From a virus, in IMG/VR virus record IMGVR_UViG_3300035670_000024: a DNA stretch of 64,000 nt; one strand, given 5' to 3'. Every line of letters starts with the position of its first letter. The stretch's first letter is position 1. Under the pieces are notes generated by a model. The model was given only the letters and a program-made list of their open reading frames with translations, had not been told where the DNA came from and made no database searches. The position numbers were made by a program, and so were the translations under genes. Of this stretch, positions 48,931 through 59,597 are shown piece by piece.

Positions 48931-50232
48931 TTATTTAGGTTTTCTTCCGTAAGAATCTCTTACAAGTTCTAAAGAAGTAATAGTTTCTTTAGGATCTCTA
49001 TTTATATGATGACATAAAGCTGAAATCATATATAATCCACTTAATCTAGTATTTGGTATTGGTGTTTTCTTTGAAGATATTTCTTGAAAATCGCAATAAA
49101 TTAAGTCTCCAGCCTGTAATGAAAAATCTCCAGCGATTTTAATTTTTAATGTGACTTTAAAAACTTGATTGTATCTTGAATTTGATTGCGCTGTTATTTT
49201 TTCTTTTTCTATTACAGGTTCTTTTGATTGACCAATAGGAAACATACTTCCAATATTCATGTTAGTCTGAAAAATTCTAGTATATGGAACATTGGTAAAC
49301 ATTTGATTAATGTCACTTCCATAATCTACACCTAAAGACTTAACTACACCAGCTTGATCAAACCAACTTAAATTATTACAAATATAAGAACTTTCAAATG
49401 GATTAAAAAGATCTGTAGTTGAACTATATGCACCTATCTTAAGTTGCTCCTTTAAATCTCCATTATCAGTATCATCATATTCTAAAATTTTTCCATCATA
49501 TCCAACAGGAATTTCTATAGACGCTGTATTATTATAAATTAATCTTTTATATAATTTGCTATCAAATAAGGTATCTATAGACTTATACTTAAATCCTGTT
49601 CTGGTTTCAAAAAAGAAATATCCTGCAGTTTTTCCATAAGCACCTCCAATATTAGGAACAGATTGTTTTGCCAACCAAGTAATTACCCAAAATGGTTTTT
49701 TGTTTGTTCCTATGAATGAAAAAAGATTTTGTGTAGGTTCAACATCTATTGCTTTTTTAGTTTTTAATACAGTTTGAAATATCGCTGATACTGAGTCTGA
49801 TATTGGGCCATCATATCTTTGAAGCACTCTTGATGATTCATTTGTCAAATATTCTTCAGAAACTAAGTCCATAATATATGGAGCAGCCTTTGCAGTTTCT
49901 GGTAATTTATAGTTATGATTCAATCTCAAACATCTATCATCTGATGCAAAAGATATTTTTTGTTCTAATCCATCTTCAAATTCAAAAAAAACTTTTTCTC
50001 CTGCTCCAGATTTTATCTTATCTGCAAAATTGATTTTTGCTCCAGCACCATCATCAGCATCAAATCCAGTTGTTACGACTGCAATTTGAACATTAATTGT
50101 TGGAGACAAAACATTTTCATAATAATAGATTTCAGTTATACCTCTGAGCAATGAAATGGATTCGCCTCCATCATTTGGAAATATATCAAGTTTTGTAATA
50201 TTATTATTACTTCTTTTAATTCTTTCTAACAT
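48931..50232 (-). CDS. Baseplate hub protein (gp27-like)
   Basis: YYENVLSP, KPFWVITWLA, GYFFFET..GFKYKSID, GDFSLQAGD, SGLYMISALCH, LVRDS. Confidence 0.65.
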   Translation of the reverse strand: MLERIKRSNNNITKLDIFPNDGGESISLLRGITEIYYYENVLSPTINVQIAVVTTGFDADDGAGAKINFADKIKSGAGEKVFFEFEDGLEQKISFASDDRCLRLNHNYKLPETAKAAPYIMDLVSEEYLTNESSRVLQRYDGPISDSVSAIFQTVLKTKKAIDVEPTQNLFSFIGTNKKPFWVITWLAKQSVPNIGGAYGKTAGYFFFETRTGFKYKSIDTLFDSKLYKRLIYNNTASIEIPVGYDGKILEYDDTDNGDLKEQLKIGAYSSTTDLFNPFESSYICNNLSWFDQAGVVKSLGVDYGSDINQMFTNVPYTRIFQTNMNIGSMFPIGQSKEPVIEKEKITAQSNSRYNQVFKVTLKIKIAGDFSLQAGDLIYCDFQEISSKKTPIPNTRLSGLYMISALCHHINRDPKETITSLELVRDSYGRKPK

Positions 50233-50235
50233 TTT

Positions 50236-53200
50236 TTAAACATAGTCCCAAATGTAAGATAATCCATCTTCTTTGGAAGAAGACATTAAAATAGTTTCTT
50301 TATTTACTATGTATGTATTATTTGTAGATGGTTCATCAACAAATACATTCACAAAAGTTGTACGAGGTCTTTGATCTTCATAATCAAGCATACTCATAAT
50401 TGTATCTATATTACTTTTTAGTTGACTTTTACTTTCTATTTGATTGATCAATTTTATAAATTCAAACCCAAAAGCATCAACTGAATCTTTATCAATTACA
50501 TATTCTCCATCGTGAGTTTTAATGAGTTGTGATTCATTTTCGGTAATATATCTTCCATGGAATGCATAAAAATCAGGAGCACCTGAATTCAATACTAATT
50601 TTTGTTGTGGAGCAAGAGTTCCATCCGGTTTATATCTACCATGCCCGACAAAAGCATTTGTTCCAACAATATCAGCAGATACACCATATCCATCTGTTGC
50701 GCTATATTTCATATTTTTAAGAGCCAAAGGAAAAGCAACTTTATTTCCAGCACCAGTTCCGCCAATTTGAAGATCTAGTTCTGTTTGTCTATGTGCTGCT
50801 TGACCTCTTGCAATATATCCTTTTATTTGTTGATCATTTGCTCCTGTAGGGATAGTTTCTCCAGATCTACCAACATAAATTGACTTTTTTCCTAAGAAAT
50901 GTTTAACTACATTTAATCCTGCAGTTGCAACACCAGAACCATCTCCAGGATTGTTTGTACCAATATGAAAATGAACACCTCCAGATCTTCCAGAATTACC
51001 TTGAATAAATTTACCATCTCCAGGTGAAATTGCTCCTTCAGAAACTTTAGTTGATTCTAATCTTTCTTTAAGTTCTCCATATCCAGCAGGAGAACCTTGA
51101 AGACCTAATTCTTTATCTCCACTTGCATCATGTCCTCCATAAAAATAAGCACCATATTGACCTGCAAGTTGTTGAAGTTTTGAATTAACTTGACCTCCAC
51201 CTTTACTAAAATCCCACTGCTTTCCTACACCAAGTAATCTAACTCTTGCCCCCATTGATTGAAGATACTTTAATTGCTCTTCAACTGTTGACCAATCATC
51301 TTTTGAATGTGCAATACCAGTTGATAAATCAACCAGTTTTCCTTTAAGAGCATCACCTTTTGATTTAAGAATTGCTAAGACTTCTGCGGGTTTTCTTCCT
51401 TTCTTAGTGTCACCAGTATCAGAACCATCTCCAGTTCTTCCTGCAAATCCATGAGCGATATTATCACCAATTACAAAATCTGCTTGACCTTGGAACTGTG
51501 CATTTGGATCAGTTTGTTGTGTTGCACCTCCTCCCCCAGGAGGAGCTGGACTTGGGCCACCACTACCAGAAACTGGTTTTAATAATAATTGTTTCATTAA
51601 ATCATTAATAATTTGATTAATTCTTGGATTAACTGTATTTTGAATATTAATTGCTAACCAATTTCTTAAATCTTGATTTGTAGATTCATCTGTTACTAAA
51701 CCACCATTTGCATATCCAAAGGTCAATTTATCCAAAATATAATTAATCCAGGAATTTAATCCAGCAGAAACATTCATGTAATCAATTGGAGATGGTTTAT
51801 CCCCAAAAATAGTTTTAGTAACTAAACCAAACAAAGAACCAAGATAAGAAATTTTACTTAAAGTTTGATGTGACGATTTTAAATAACTGTATGGTTTAAC
51901 TTCATTCTTACCAGTATTATTTGGATAATAAGTTTCAATTAATGTTTTTGATGGATCAGATTCAGATTTAATGTTTCCAGATACACTTCTTCCAGGTTGT
52001 AATGAAGTTGGTTGTGGGGTTATAGTTCTTGTTACCTTTTTTACCTTTAGTTTTCTTTCGGGTTCAGATGAAATATATTTTCCACCTCTAGTTGTTGCTC
52101 CACCTCCTGCATATTTTTCAATTTTTTCAGATGATTGAGTTGGTGTTTTACTAGATTTATTTTCAAAAAACAAATCATATAATGCTCCACCAGCCCAATC
52201 TCCAAGTGCAGCTCCTGCTATTCCTCCAATGATATTTCCAGCAACTGGTATTACAGAACCAACAGCAGTTCCAATTGCACCAAGAAGACCAGCACCAATT
52301 GCCTTAAATGCGGCCCTACCAATAGATTCTCCAAGAGCAATTGACAATCCAAAGTCAAGTAATGCTCCAATAATTGGAAGTCGTTTTGTAAAAGGACGAA
52401 CAAATTTAAGAACTTGCTTTGCTCCACCTTTTCCTAGAACTCCAGTAAATGCACTACGAGCACCTCTTTGAAGTGCTCCTCTTTGCATTCCTCCTGGTAA
52501 TCTCTTTAAACCTTCTTGACCAAATCTTTGAACAAATGCATCTCTTCCATATCTTTGGAAGTATCGTTTTAATACATCATTTTGTGGTTTTTTTATTCCC
52601 TTATCTAATCCTCCTTTTCTTAAATCAATATCTGGTTTACCTTTACCAAAACCACCTATAATACTATCACCAGTGTCAGCAATTAACATTGCTGCGATTA
52701 ATGAATAGTTGATTATATCATTAAACTTATTTGAAAAATCATCAAATGCCTTTGCACCACTTTCACCAAAAACATTAGATACAAATGTTCTACTTGCATC
52801 TACTGCTTTATATCCCCAATCAATAAAAGTAACTAATCCATCTAAAAGTTTTCCTCCCCAATCAATAATAAAATCCATTACTCCATTGATTATTGGAATC
52901 AACTTAGCAAGTTGAGGAAGTTGATCTATCAATCTAACAGCAATAAACCCTAATATTACATTTGATATAAAATTTTTAATCCAATCAAACAATCCTAATT
53001 TAGGTGTGGGTAATTTTGGCAGTTTAACTCCAGATGGTTTTTTGACTTTTTTCTCTAACTCATTTTCTTTATCTTCACGAGTCTTTTTTTCTTGATTCCT
53101 TGATCTTATTTTAAATTTATTTCTTTCAATTAAAAGAAAGTCTTTTAATAATTTGTCAATTGTAATAACTTTTTTTTCAATAGTAATTAAACGATTGTCA

Positions 53201-53319
53201 ATTTTAACTTTATTTGGATTGTTTAGTTTTTCTTTTGGGGATTCAAATATTTTACTGACAGTAAGAGAAGATGATCTAGATGGAGGTAATGCTAGAAGTT
53301 TGCTGCTATTAATTGCCAT
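50236..53319 (-). CDS. Large tail/baseplate protein (tape-measure-like) with SGNH-like and M23-peptidase-like segments
   Basis: Basic coiled N-terminus and hydrophobic Gly-rich helices shared with paralogs; FVIGDNIA; GNSGRSGGVHFHIG. Confidence 0.6.
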   Translation of the reverse strand: MAINSSKLLALPPSRSSSLTVSKIFESPKEKLNNPNKVKIDNRLITIEKKVITIDKLLKDFLLIERNKFKIRSRNQEKKTREDKENELEKKVKKPSGVKLPKLPTPKLGLFDWIKNFISNVILGFIAVRLIDQLPQLAKLIPIINGVMDFIIDWGGKLLDGLVTFIDWGYKAVDASRTFVSNVFGESGAKAFDDFSNKFNDIINYSLIAAMLIADTGDSIIGGFGKGKPDIDLRKGGLDKGIKKPQNDVLKRYFQRYGRDAFVQRFGQEGLKRLPGGMQRGALQRGARSAFTGVLGKGGAKQVLKFVRPFTKRLPIIGALLDFGLSIALGESIGRAAFKAIGAGLLGAIGTAVGSVIPVAGNIIGGIAGAALGDWAGGALYDLFFENKSSKTPTQSSEKIEKYAGGGATTRGGKYISSEPERKLKVKKVTRTITPQPTSLQPGRSVSGNIKSESDPSKTLIETYYPNNTGKNEVKPYSYLKSSHQTLSKISYLGSLFGLVTKTIFGDKPSPIDYMNVSAGLNSWINYILDKLTFGYANGGLVTDESTNQDLRNWLAINIQNTVNPRINQIINDLMKQLLLKPVSGSGGPSPAPPGGGGATQQTDPNAQFQGQADFVIGDNIAHGFAGRTGDGSDTGDTKKGRKPAEVLAILKSKGDALKGKLVDLSTGIAHSKDDWSTVEEQLKYLQSMGARVRLLGVGKQWDFSKGGGQVNSKLQQLAGQYGAYFYGGHDASGDKELGLQGSPAGYGELKERLESTKVSEGAISPGDGKFIQGNSGRSGGVHFHIGTNNPGDGSGVATAGLNVVKHFLGKKSIYVGRSGETIPTGANDQQIKGYIARGQAAHRQTELDLQIGGTGAGNKVAFPLALKNMKYSATDGYGVSADIVGTNAFVGHGRYKPDGTLAPQQKLVLNSGAPDFYAFHGRYITENESQLIKTHDGEYVIDKDSVDAFGFEFIKLINQIESKSQLKSNIDTIMSMLDYEDQRPRTTFVNVFVDEPSTNNTYIVNKETILMSSSKEDGLSYIWDYV

Positions 53320-53325
53320 TTTCTT

Positions 53326-56300
53326 TTACCCCACAGACAATAAATCTATAACCGGATTACCGTAAGATTTTTTAGAAGGCATATTAATTATACTCGTAGA
53401 TTTTTGAACAACATTCATTCCACCTGAAGAAGGTCTAGGAATATAATTGTAAACTACTTTATCAGGAGCATTTTCAGAATATTCAGGTACAATTTCTTCC
53501 AGTATTTTAATTAATGATTGTTTTGCATTTGACAACTGAGACTTGTTTTCCACTTCATTGATAATATCCATAAAATTTATTCCAAAAGTGTCTACAGAGT
53601 CTTTATCAATTATAAATTCTCCTGGATGTACTTTTGTTAGTCCTTCATTAACTGGACCTCCACCAAACTTACCAGCAGATCCCATTTTTTGTTTAATCAT
53701 ATTACGCATTTTATCACCACCACTTCCAGGTGAATCACCTTGTCTTAACTTAAATAAATCCCATCTAGATCCATCGCCACCCCAAGCAACAGGTCCGTGA
53801 TTATCAGGATCTGACTTAGCACCTTGAGACCATAATGCTGGACTATTTTTTATTCCATCTTTCATTGAACCCACTTCAGCATGAGTTGCAACATTTCTAA
53901 CATTAACCATTGATGGCGACCATCCCCAGGCTTTTGCAAGATTAGCAGCTTCTTGTGCCATTGCTTCATATTGCCTTTGAGTTGGAGTCTGTGATCCATA
54001 ATTATTGAGATCAACACCCGCGCCTCCCATTCCTGCTACAGCCAATCCAACTCCTAAACTATTCCTATATGCAGTGTGTCCTTCTGGTGTATTAAATTGA
54101 CTATATGGTGTTCTTTGATATTTTTTTCCATCCTCAGTAAAAATAGCATGATATTTTCTTTCATATCCATATGGATTATTTCTAGCCGCAGCATTCCAGT
54201 GTAAATAGATTTTACCTTTTTTACCAACGGGACCTAATGCTTCTGGATTTGTTGGAGTGTTTATTCCATTAGGATCCGGAATATTATCATCATCACAAGA
54301 ACAATCAGATACACTTCCTGCGGGAGAGGATGATGCTAAAGTTGTTGGAGATGCATTAGAAGGACTTGACGATGCTCCAAAATTAGGAACTGGAGCAACC
54401 TTAGTTCCTTTATAATTATAATGCCATCCAAAAACATTTGATCTAGAACTTCTGCTAATTCCAGAAACTCCTTGACCTTGCGCCTTAAAATCTGTTCTTC
54501 CTTGAATAAAACTTCTAGCACTAGCTTGTCTAGATGGATTTAACAATGTAGCAGCGACACTTTTCATAGTTTCTACCGATAACCCAGATGCAGCAGCTGC
54601 AGAAGCAGCATCTGTAATTGTAAACCACTGTCTATTTGGTCTACCTCTAGAACCCATACTCGGATATCGCCATGTTGGTTCATATTGCCATGCTGCAGTA
54701 ATTAAATCCTTTATAGTTCTTCCCGAGTATGCCCCAGAAGCAACACGATTATAAATTGACTGTGCAACATCAGCAGATCCTTGTGGATCTGCATCTTCCC
54801 TTGAAGCAACAGCAACAAGTGTCCAAAAATCTGCACTGCCTCCTTGAATATTTGCAGATCCTCCAGTGTCCTCGGGACAAATACAATCATCACCCTCAGT
54901 TTTTGTACTACCACCAGTAGATTTTATTTTTTCCAACATCAACTGTTGCATAAGATCTGATCTGATCTTAGACATTTCTTTTGTCGTAAGTTCTTCAACA
55001 GATTTTGAAACTATTTTTTCAATGTCAAATTTTTCTATCTTAAAGTCATCAGAAAATGCACCTTCATCATAAGCTTTATTTAAAAATGAATCAAATCCTT
55101 GACCAATACTTTTATAATAACCATAATCTACAGTATCACCCATCATTACTTTCAATGGCATTGCCAATAATGGACCAATGAAAGGAACACTCGCAAAACG
55201 ATAGTAACTATGAGACAAAAATCCAAAAGAATTCATTGTCTCTTCTTTTTTCTGTGGTCCAGTTCCTTCAGGAGATCTTATGTCTGATGGTTCTGGAAAA
55301 ACTTTTTTAATTTGTTTAGTACCTCCAGTAATACTTCCCTGCCTTAATTTTGCAGGTTTTGGTATTACTCTTCTTTTTGGTTTTTTAATTTTTAGTTCTC
55401 TTTTTGGTATCTCACTTTGATATTGACCCCCACGAGTTGTTCCACCACTTACATAACCTCTAATTACTCCTCCACTATTCCATCCAAATAAACCTTTAGA
55501 TTTATTTTGAGAAGAACTTTTTGTTCCTTTATTTTTAAATAGAGCATCATATAATGCGCCACCGGCTTGATCTCCTAACCAACCACCGGCAAATCCAGTT
55601 AATAGTGCAAAAGGTCCTCCCAATGCTGCACCAACTGCACCTAATAGTGTAGCACCTATTGCCTTAAATGCCGCTCTACCTGGATCTTCACCTAAAGCAA
55701 CAGAGAGTCCAAAGTCCAATAAACCACCAATAATTGGAAGTTTCTTAGTAAATGGTTTTAAAAACTTAAGAGTTGTTTTTGCTCCACCTTTTCCCGCAAG
55801 ACCAACAAATGCATTTCTTGCTAAATTAGTAGCACCAGATCTTGCATACTTACCACCTAAAGAACGAACTCCTTCTCTACCAAATCTTTTTATTGCAGCA
55901 TCTTTTCCAAATCTTTGAGCATATCTTCTTGCTGCTTGATTAGATGTACTAGGTACACCACTTGGTTTTCCTTTAATGCCTTGAGGAATATCAGTATCAT
56001 AACCTCCCACACCACCACTTAATGCAAGATCAGCGAACAACATACCCGCAATAAGGGTATATTGTATCATATCTTGGAATTTACCCATAAAATCTTCAAA
56101 CTTTTTGGCAGTATCTTTACCACCAATTTTTTCAAAGACTTTTACAGTATTATCGTATGCTGAATATCCCCAATCAATAAAAGTAACTAATCCATCTAAG
56201 AGTTTTCCACCCCAATCAATAATACCATCCATTACTCCATTGATTATTGGAATCAACTTAGCAAGTGTTGGTAAGTTATCAATTAGACGAACAAAAATAA

Positions 56301-56667
56301 ATCCAAGAACAACATTAGTAATGAAATTAGTCAACCATCCAAATATCCCCAATTTAGGTTTTATTGGAATGATGTTCTTATTTTTTTCTTTTTTTGGTTT
56401 TTTCTTTTCTAAATTTTCTTCTTTTTTTCTAAATCTATCAATTTCGCTAGATCTTATTTTCTTCTTATTTTCATTCTTTTTAAATGTTAAAAAACTTTTT
56501 AATAAATCATCAATCTTAATAACTCTTTTTTCAATTTTTAAAACTACATTTGATTCATTTGATTTAATCTTAGTAGTTTTCTTTCCAATATTATTTTTTG
56601 CAGAAAAAAATTTATCTGCTTTTATAATTTGATTATTTTTATTAATATTGGAATCTAAAAGTTTCAT
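53326..56667 (-). CDS. Large tail/baseplate protein with SleB-like hydrolase and Amidase_2-like domains
   Basis: FWTLVAVASRED..ADVAQSIYNR..QYEP; KIYLHWNA..YHAIF..HTAYRNS..VATHAE. Confidence 0.65.
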   Translation of the reverse strand: MKLLDSNINKNNQIIKADKFFSAKNNIGKKTTKIKSNESNVVLKIEKRVIKIDDLLKSFLTFKKNENKKKIRSSEIDRFRKKEENLEKKKPKKEKNKNIIPIKPKLGIFGWLTNFITNVVLGFIFVRLIDNLPTLAKLIPIINGVMDGIIDWGGKLLDGLVTFIDWGYSAYDNTVKVFEKIGGKDTAKKFEDFMGKFQDMIQYTLIAGMLFADLALSGGVGGYDTDIPQGIKGKPSGVPSTSNQAARRYAQRFGKDAAIKRFGREGVRSLGGKYARSGATNLARNAFVGLAGKGGAKTTLKFLKPFTKKLPIIGGLLDFGLSVALGEDPGRAAFKAIGATLLGAVGAALGGPFALLTGFAGGWLGDQAGGALYDALFKNKGTKSSSQNKSKGLFGWNSGGVIRGYVSGGTTRGGQYQSEIPKRELKIKKPKRRVIPKPAKLRQGSITGGTKQIKKVFPEPSDIRSPEGTGPQKKEETMNSFGFLSHSYYRFASVPFIGPLLAMPLKVMMGDTVDYGYYKSIGQGFDSFLNKAYDEGAFSDDFKIEKFDIEKIVSKSVEELTTKEMSKIRSDLMQQLMLEKIKSTGGSTKTEGDDCICPEDTGGSANIQGGSADFWTLVAVASREDADPQGSADVAQSIYNRVASGAYSGRTIKDLITAAWQYEPTWRYPSMGSRGRPNRQWFTITDAASAAAASGLSVETMKSVAATLLNPSRQASARSFIQGRTDFKAQGQGVSGISRSSRSNVFGWHYNYKGTKVAPVPNFGASSSPSNASPTTLASSSPAGSVSDCSCDDDNIPDPNGINTPTNPEALGPVGKKGKIYLHWNAAARNNPYGYERKYHAIFTEDGKKYQRTPYSQFNTPEGHTAYRNSLGVGLAVAGMGGAGVDLNNYGSQTPTQRQYEAMAQEAANLAKAWGWSPSMVNVRNVATHAEVGSMKDGIKNSPALWSQGAKSDPDNHGPVAWGGDGSRWDLFKLRQGDSPGSGGDKMRNMIKQKMGSAGKFGGGPVNEGLTKVHPGEFIIDKDSVDTFGINFMDIINEVENKSQLSNAKQSLIKILEEIVPEYSENAPDKVVYNYIPRPSSGGMNVVQKSTSIINMPSKKSYGNPVIDLLSVG

Positions 56668-59420
56668 GTTACATTAATACCCAATTGTCTTTTTGATTGT
56701 GCCAGTGCAGATGAACCGGGAATTGAAGCAGAAACTGGTGGAAGTTTACCCATAGATACATTTCCACTTCCTCCACCATTAGAACTTTTTGGTGGTTGAG
56801 TTACCATTGAAGATACTGTAATAGATGGTCTTGATGATGGAGGATTTACTGGGGAATTCCTAGTTTGATTTCTTGACAATTGAGGTAATTTATTTTCATA
56901 TCCTCCTTTTACAGGATTAAAACTTGAATTCAAATTCATTTGATCATTTTGATCTTTTGGAATTATTTGATCTTTTGGAATTATTTGAATCTTTTTTTCT
57001 CCTGGAATAATTTCTTCTCCTTCTTGAACACGAAATGGAGGATAAATTTCTCCTGGATTTTTGGAAGGAGAAGGAGGAATATACAGATTATCTGGTCCAG
57101 ATAATTGTTCACCATTTGGACCAATTTTAGATCCACTATTCTTTCCAATTATTCCATTAGGGATCATTCTTTGGCTTCTTAAGGCATTATCAACCAGTCT
57201 CGCTATTGCTTGTTCCTTTGCCTTTGCAATTTGATCTGGAGTTGGAGGACTTATTAATGTGGTTCCATCTCCTTGCTGTCTTTGCTGTTCCATATATTCC
57301 CTATAAGTCCTAGGAAATTCCCGTTCAACTAGGGCTCTTGCCCTTCTTCTCAATTCTTCTATGCTCATTGGACTAAGTTGCCCTCCATCCTGAAACTGGA
57401 ATAAATTAGGGCCCCACAAACTAGGTAAAGGTTTATTTTTACCTGAAGGTTTATTTTTACCTGAAGGTTTAGTTGTATTTGAAGTTTGTTTAGAAACTTG
57501 AGATACTACATTTGGTGTTGGAGCAGGAGAATTTAATTTTGCATTATAAAACCATCCATGAAAATTATAATTCTTTCCTCTTGTAATATCACCCTTATCA
57601 GGTTTCATGTAAGGTTTTTGACTTTCACCCATAAAATCAGTTCTACCACCAACAAAACCTTTTGCATTTTGCTGTAATGCTGGGTTTGTTATAGATTTGA
57701 CTGCCATATTCAGTTTATCTTTACCAACAGCAGCTTCTGCAGATTTTTGATCTTTTATTGCAGAAAAAGCACCAAAATTATCTCTTACTGGTTGATATTG
57801 CCATGCACCAGAGGCATCTCTACCCATTATAATTCCACTAATAGATTTCCCCCCAGGATAAGCACCAGTTGCTGCTCTATTATAAATTGACTGAGCAACA
57901 TCTGCTTGACCTTGAGGATTTTGAGCATCTTCTTTAGCAGATAGCGCAGCCAATTTCCAAAATTCTGGAGAATTACTTACTAATCCACCACCGGCACGAT
58001 GTTGAACATTTTGTACAATTTTAGGTACATTAGTTCCTCCACCAGCAGCATTCATGGATTCTAAAGTGTCCACACCATATTTTTGAACAGCACCTTTTGA
58101 CATTACAAACTCACCATCAGTAAGCATTGCTGGTACTTTGTCAGTTCCTTTTTTACCAGACACCAATCCTTGGAACATTTTAGGAACCTGTCCCATTCCC
58201 ATACTCATCAATAGTCCAAGTGGGCCTAATGCCCCCATTCCAACTTTACCTAAAAGTTTACCAAGATCTGCTAAACCACCCCCAGCGGCATTCAATGTTG
58301 AGAATTTTGGTTCATCAGGAACATCAATATTAACAGGATTTAGTGATTGAGTATCTTCTTTATCATCACCCATTAAGGAATCAATACCTTTATCAATAGC
58401 AAATCCTGTTAGTAAAGTTCCTCCAACTGCCAATCCAGTGTTTAATAAAGCACCTTTCCATCCACCACCTTTTCTTCCTCCAGAAAGTGCTCCTGCTGTC
58501 TTTAAACCTTTACCTTTTGCAATAGCAGCAATTAATTTGGCAATGATTTTTCCAAAACCAATTGCACCTTTAAGAGCAATTTTAACTACTGTTCTTGCTA
58601 GTTTACCAAAAGATGTTCCAAAAATAATATAAGCAGCCAACATTGTCGGCCACCAATCTTTGAAGAACCGAACAATACTACTAATTTTATCTTTGTTTTT
58701 TGGATCAGAAAACCAATCAAGAAGTTTTAAAACAACCTTTCCAAGAAAAACATTCCACAAAAAATTTAAAATATAATCCCAAATTGATTGGAATGGTGCC
58801 ATCATTTTTTTGACGGCAGACTTAATTCCATCAAATACTTTGGATTCTAAAGATTCTTCTCTCTTTTTTCTTCTCGCATTTTCTGCACCTTTCTTTTGCC
58901 TTTCACTTTCTTTTTTATTTTCTTTATTTAAATCAGTAAGAGTTTGAATAATAGAATCTAATCTTTCTATAATTCTATCTAATGGATCACTTTTCTTAGA
59001 AACTTTCTCTGTAATATCTTTTACATTTACAGATTGAACATAATTCTGATAGAAAAATTTATCTGCTGTTATTTTTCCTTTTTTAGATTTAACAATTGAT
59101 CCTGTTTTTGGAGGTGCTCCTCCTCCAGCACCAGTAGGCCCTCCAGATGGTGGTGGAGGAGAAGAAACTTTTGCTTTTTTCTGATTTATTTTAAATCTAC
59201 CTTTATCTATTAATTTTTTAATTCTTTTAAGTTCATCTCTTAAAAGTTTGCTTTCTTCTGCTGGAAGTTTTTTTCCTCCAATCCCATCAATTGCTAACCT
59301 ATTTAAAATATTTTTAAAATAAGTCTGGTAGTCCATTTCAGTACCAACCTTCAAATTGAGTAATCTAATAATTACTCCATCAATAGTTTCTTTGTTAATA
59401 CTTCCTGGATTACCAGCCAT
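56664..59420 (-). CDS. Large tail/baseplate protein with SleB-like cell wall hydrolase domain
   Basis: GTDKVPAMLTDGEFVM tape-measure-type motif; FWKLAALSAKED..ADVAQSIYNR..QYQP. Confidence 0.65.
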   Translation of the reverse strand: MAGNPGSINKETIDGVIIRLLNLKVGTEMDYQTYFKNILNRLAIDGIGGKKLPAEESKLLRDELKRIKKLIDKGRFKINQKKAKVSSPPPPSGGPTGAGGGAPPKTGSIVKSKKGKITADKFFYQNYVQSVNVKDITEKVSKKSDPLDRIIERLDSIIQTLTDLNKENKKESERQKKGAENARRKKREESLESKVFDGIKSAVKKMMAPFQSIWDYILNFLWNVFLGKVVLKLLDWFSDPKNKDKISSIVRFFKDWWPTMLAAYIIFGTSFGKLARTVVKIALKGAIGFGKIIAKLIAAIAKGKGLKTAGALSGGRKGGGWKGALLNTGLAVGGTLLTGFAIDKGIDSLMGDDKEDTQSLNPVNIDVPDEPKFSTLNAAGGGLADLGKLLGKVGMGALGPLGLLMSMGMGQVPKMFQGLVSGKKGTDKVPAMLTDGEFVMSKGAVQKYGVDTLESMNAAGGGTNVPKIVQNVQHRAGGGLVSNSPEFWKLAALSAKEDAQNPQGQADVAQSIYNRAATGAYPGGKSISGIIMGRDASGAWQYQPVRDNFGAFSAIKDQKSAEAAVGKDKLNMAVKSITNPALQQNAKGFVGGRTDFMGESQKPYMKPDKGDITRGKNYNFHGWFYNAKLNSPAPTPNVVSQVSKQTSNTTKPSGKNKPSGKNKPLPSLWGPNLFQFQDGGQLSPMSIEELRRRARALVEREFPRTYREYMEQQRQQGDGTTLISPPTPDQIAKAKEQAIARLVDNALRSQRMIPNGIIGKNSGSKIGPNGEQLSGPDNLYIPPSPSKNPGEIYPPFRVQEGEEIIPGEKKIQIIPKDQIIPKDQNDQMNLNSSFNPVKGGYENKLPQLSRNQTRNSPVNPPSSRPSITVSSMVTQPPKSSNGGGSGNVSMGKLPPVSASIPGSSALAQSKRQLGINVT

Positions 59421-59595
59421 TACTTTGTTGTTGTTTTTGTTTGGTTTCTTCTTCTTCTAAATGTTGTTTCAAAAGTAGGACATAAACATCCCTTTCCCAA
59501 GGCATCATGTTTTCAATCTCAGTTAATGAATATTTATGATATTGCATTAACGAAAAGTTTAGACGAAAATAATTTTCAAGATCCATATGGATCAT
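59410..59595 (-). CDS. gp51: Baseplate hub assembly catalyst gp51
   Basis: NYFRLNFSLMQYHKYSLTEIENMMPWERDVY. Confidence 0.88.
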   Translation of the reverse strand: MIHMDLENYFRLNFSLMQYHKYSLTEIENMMPWERDVYVLLLKQHLEEEETKQKQQQSNGW

Positions 59596-59597
59596 TG

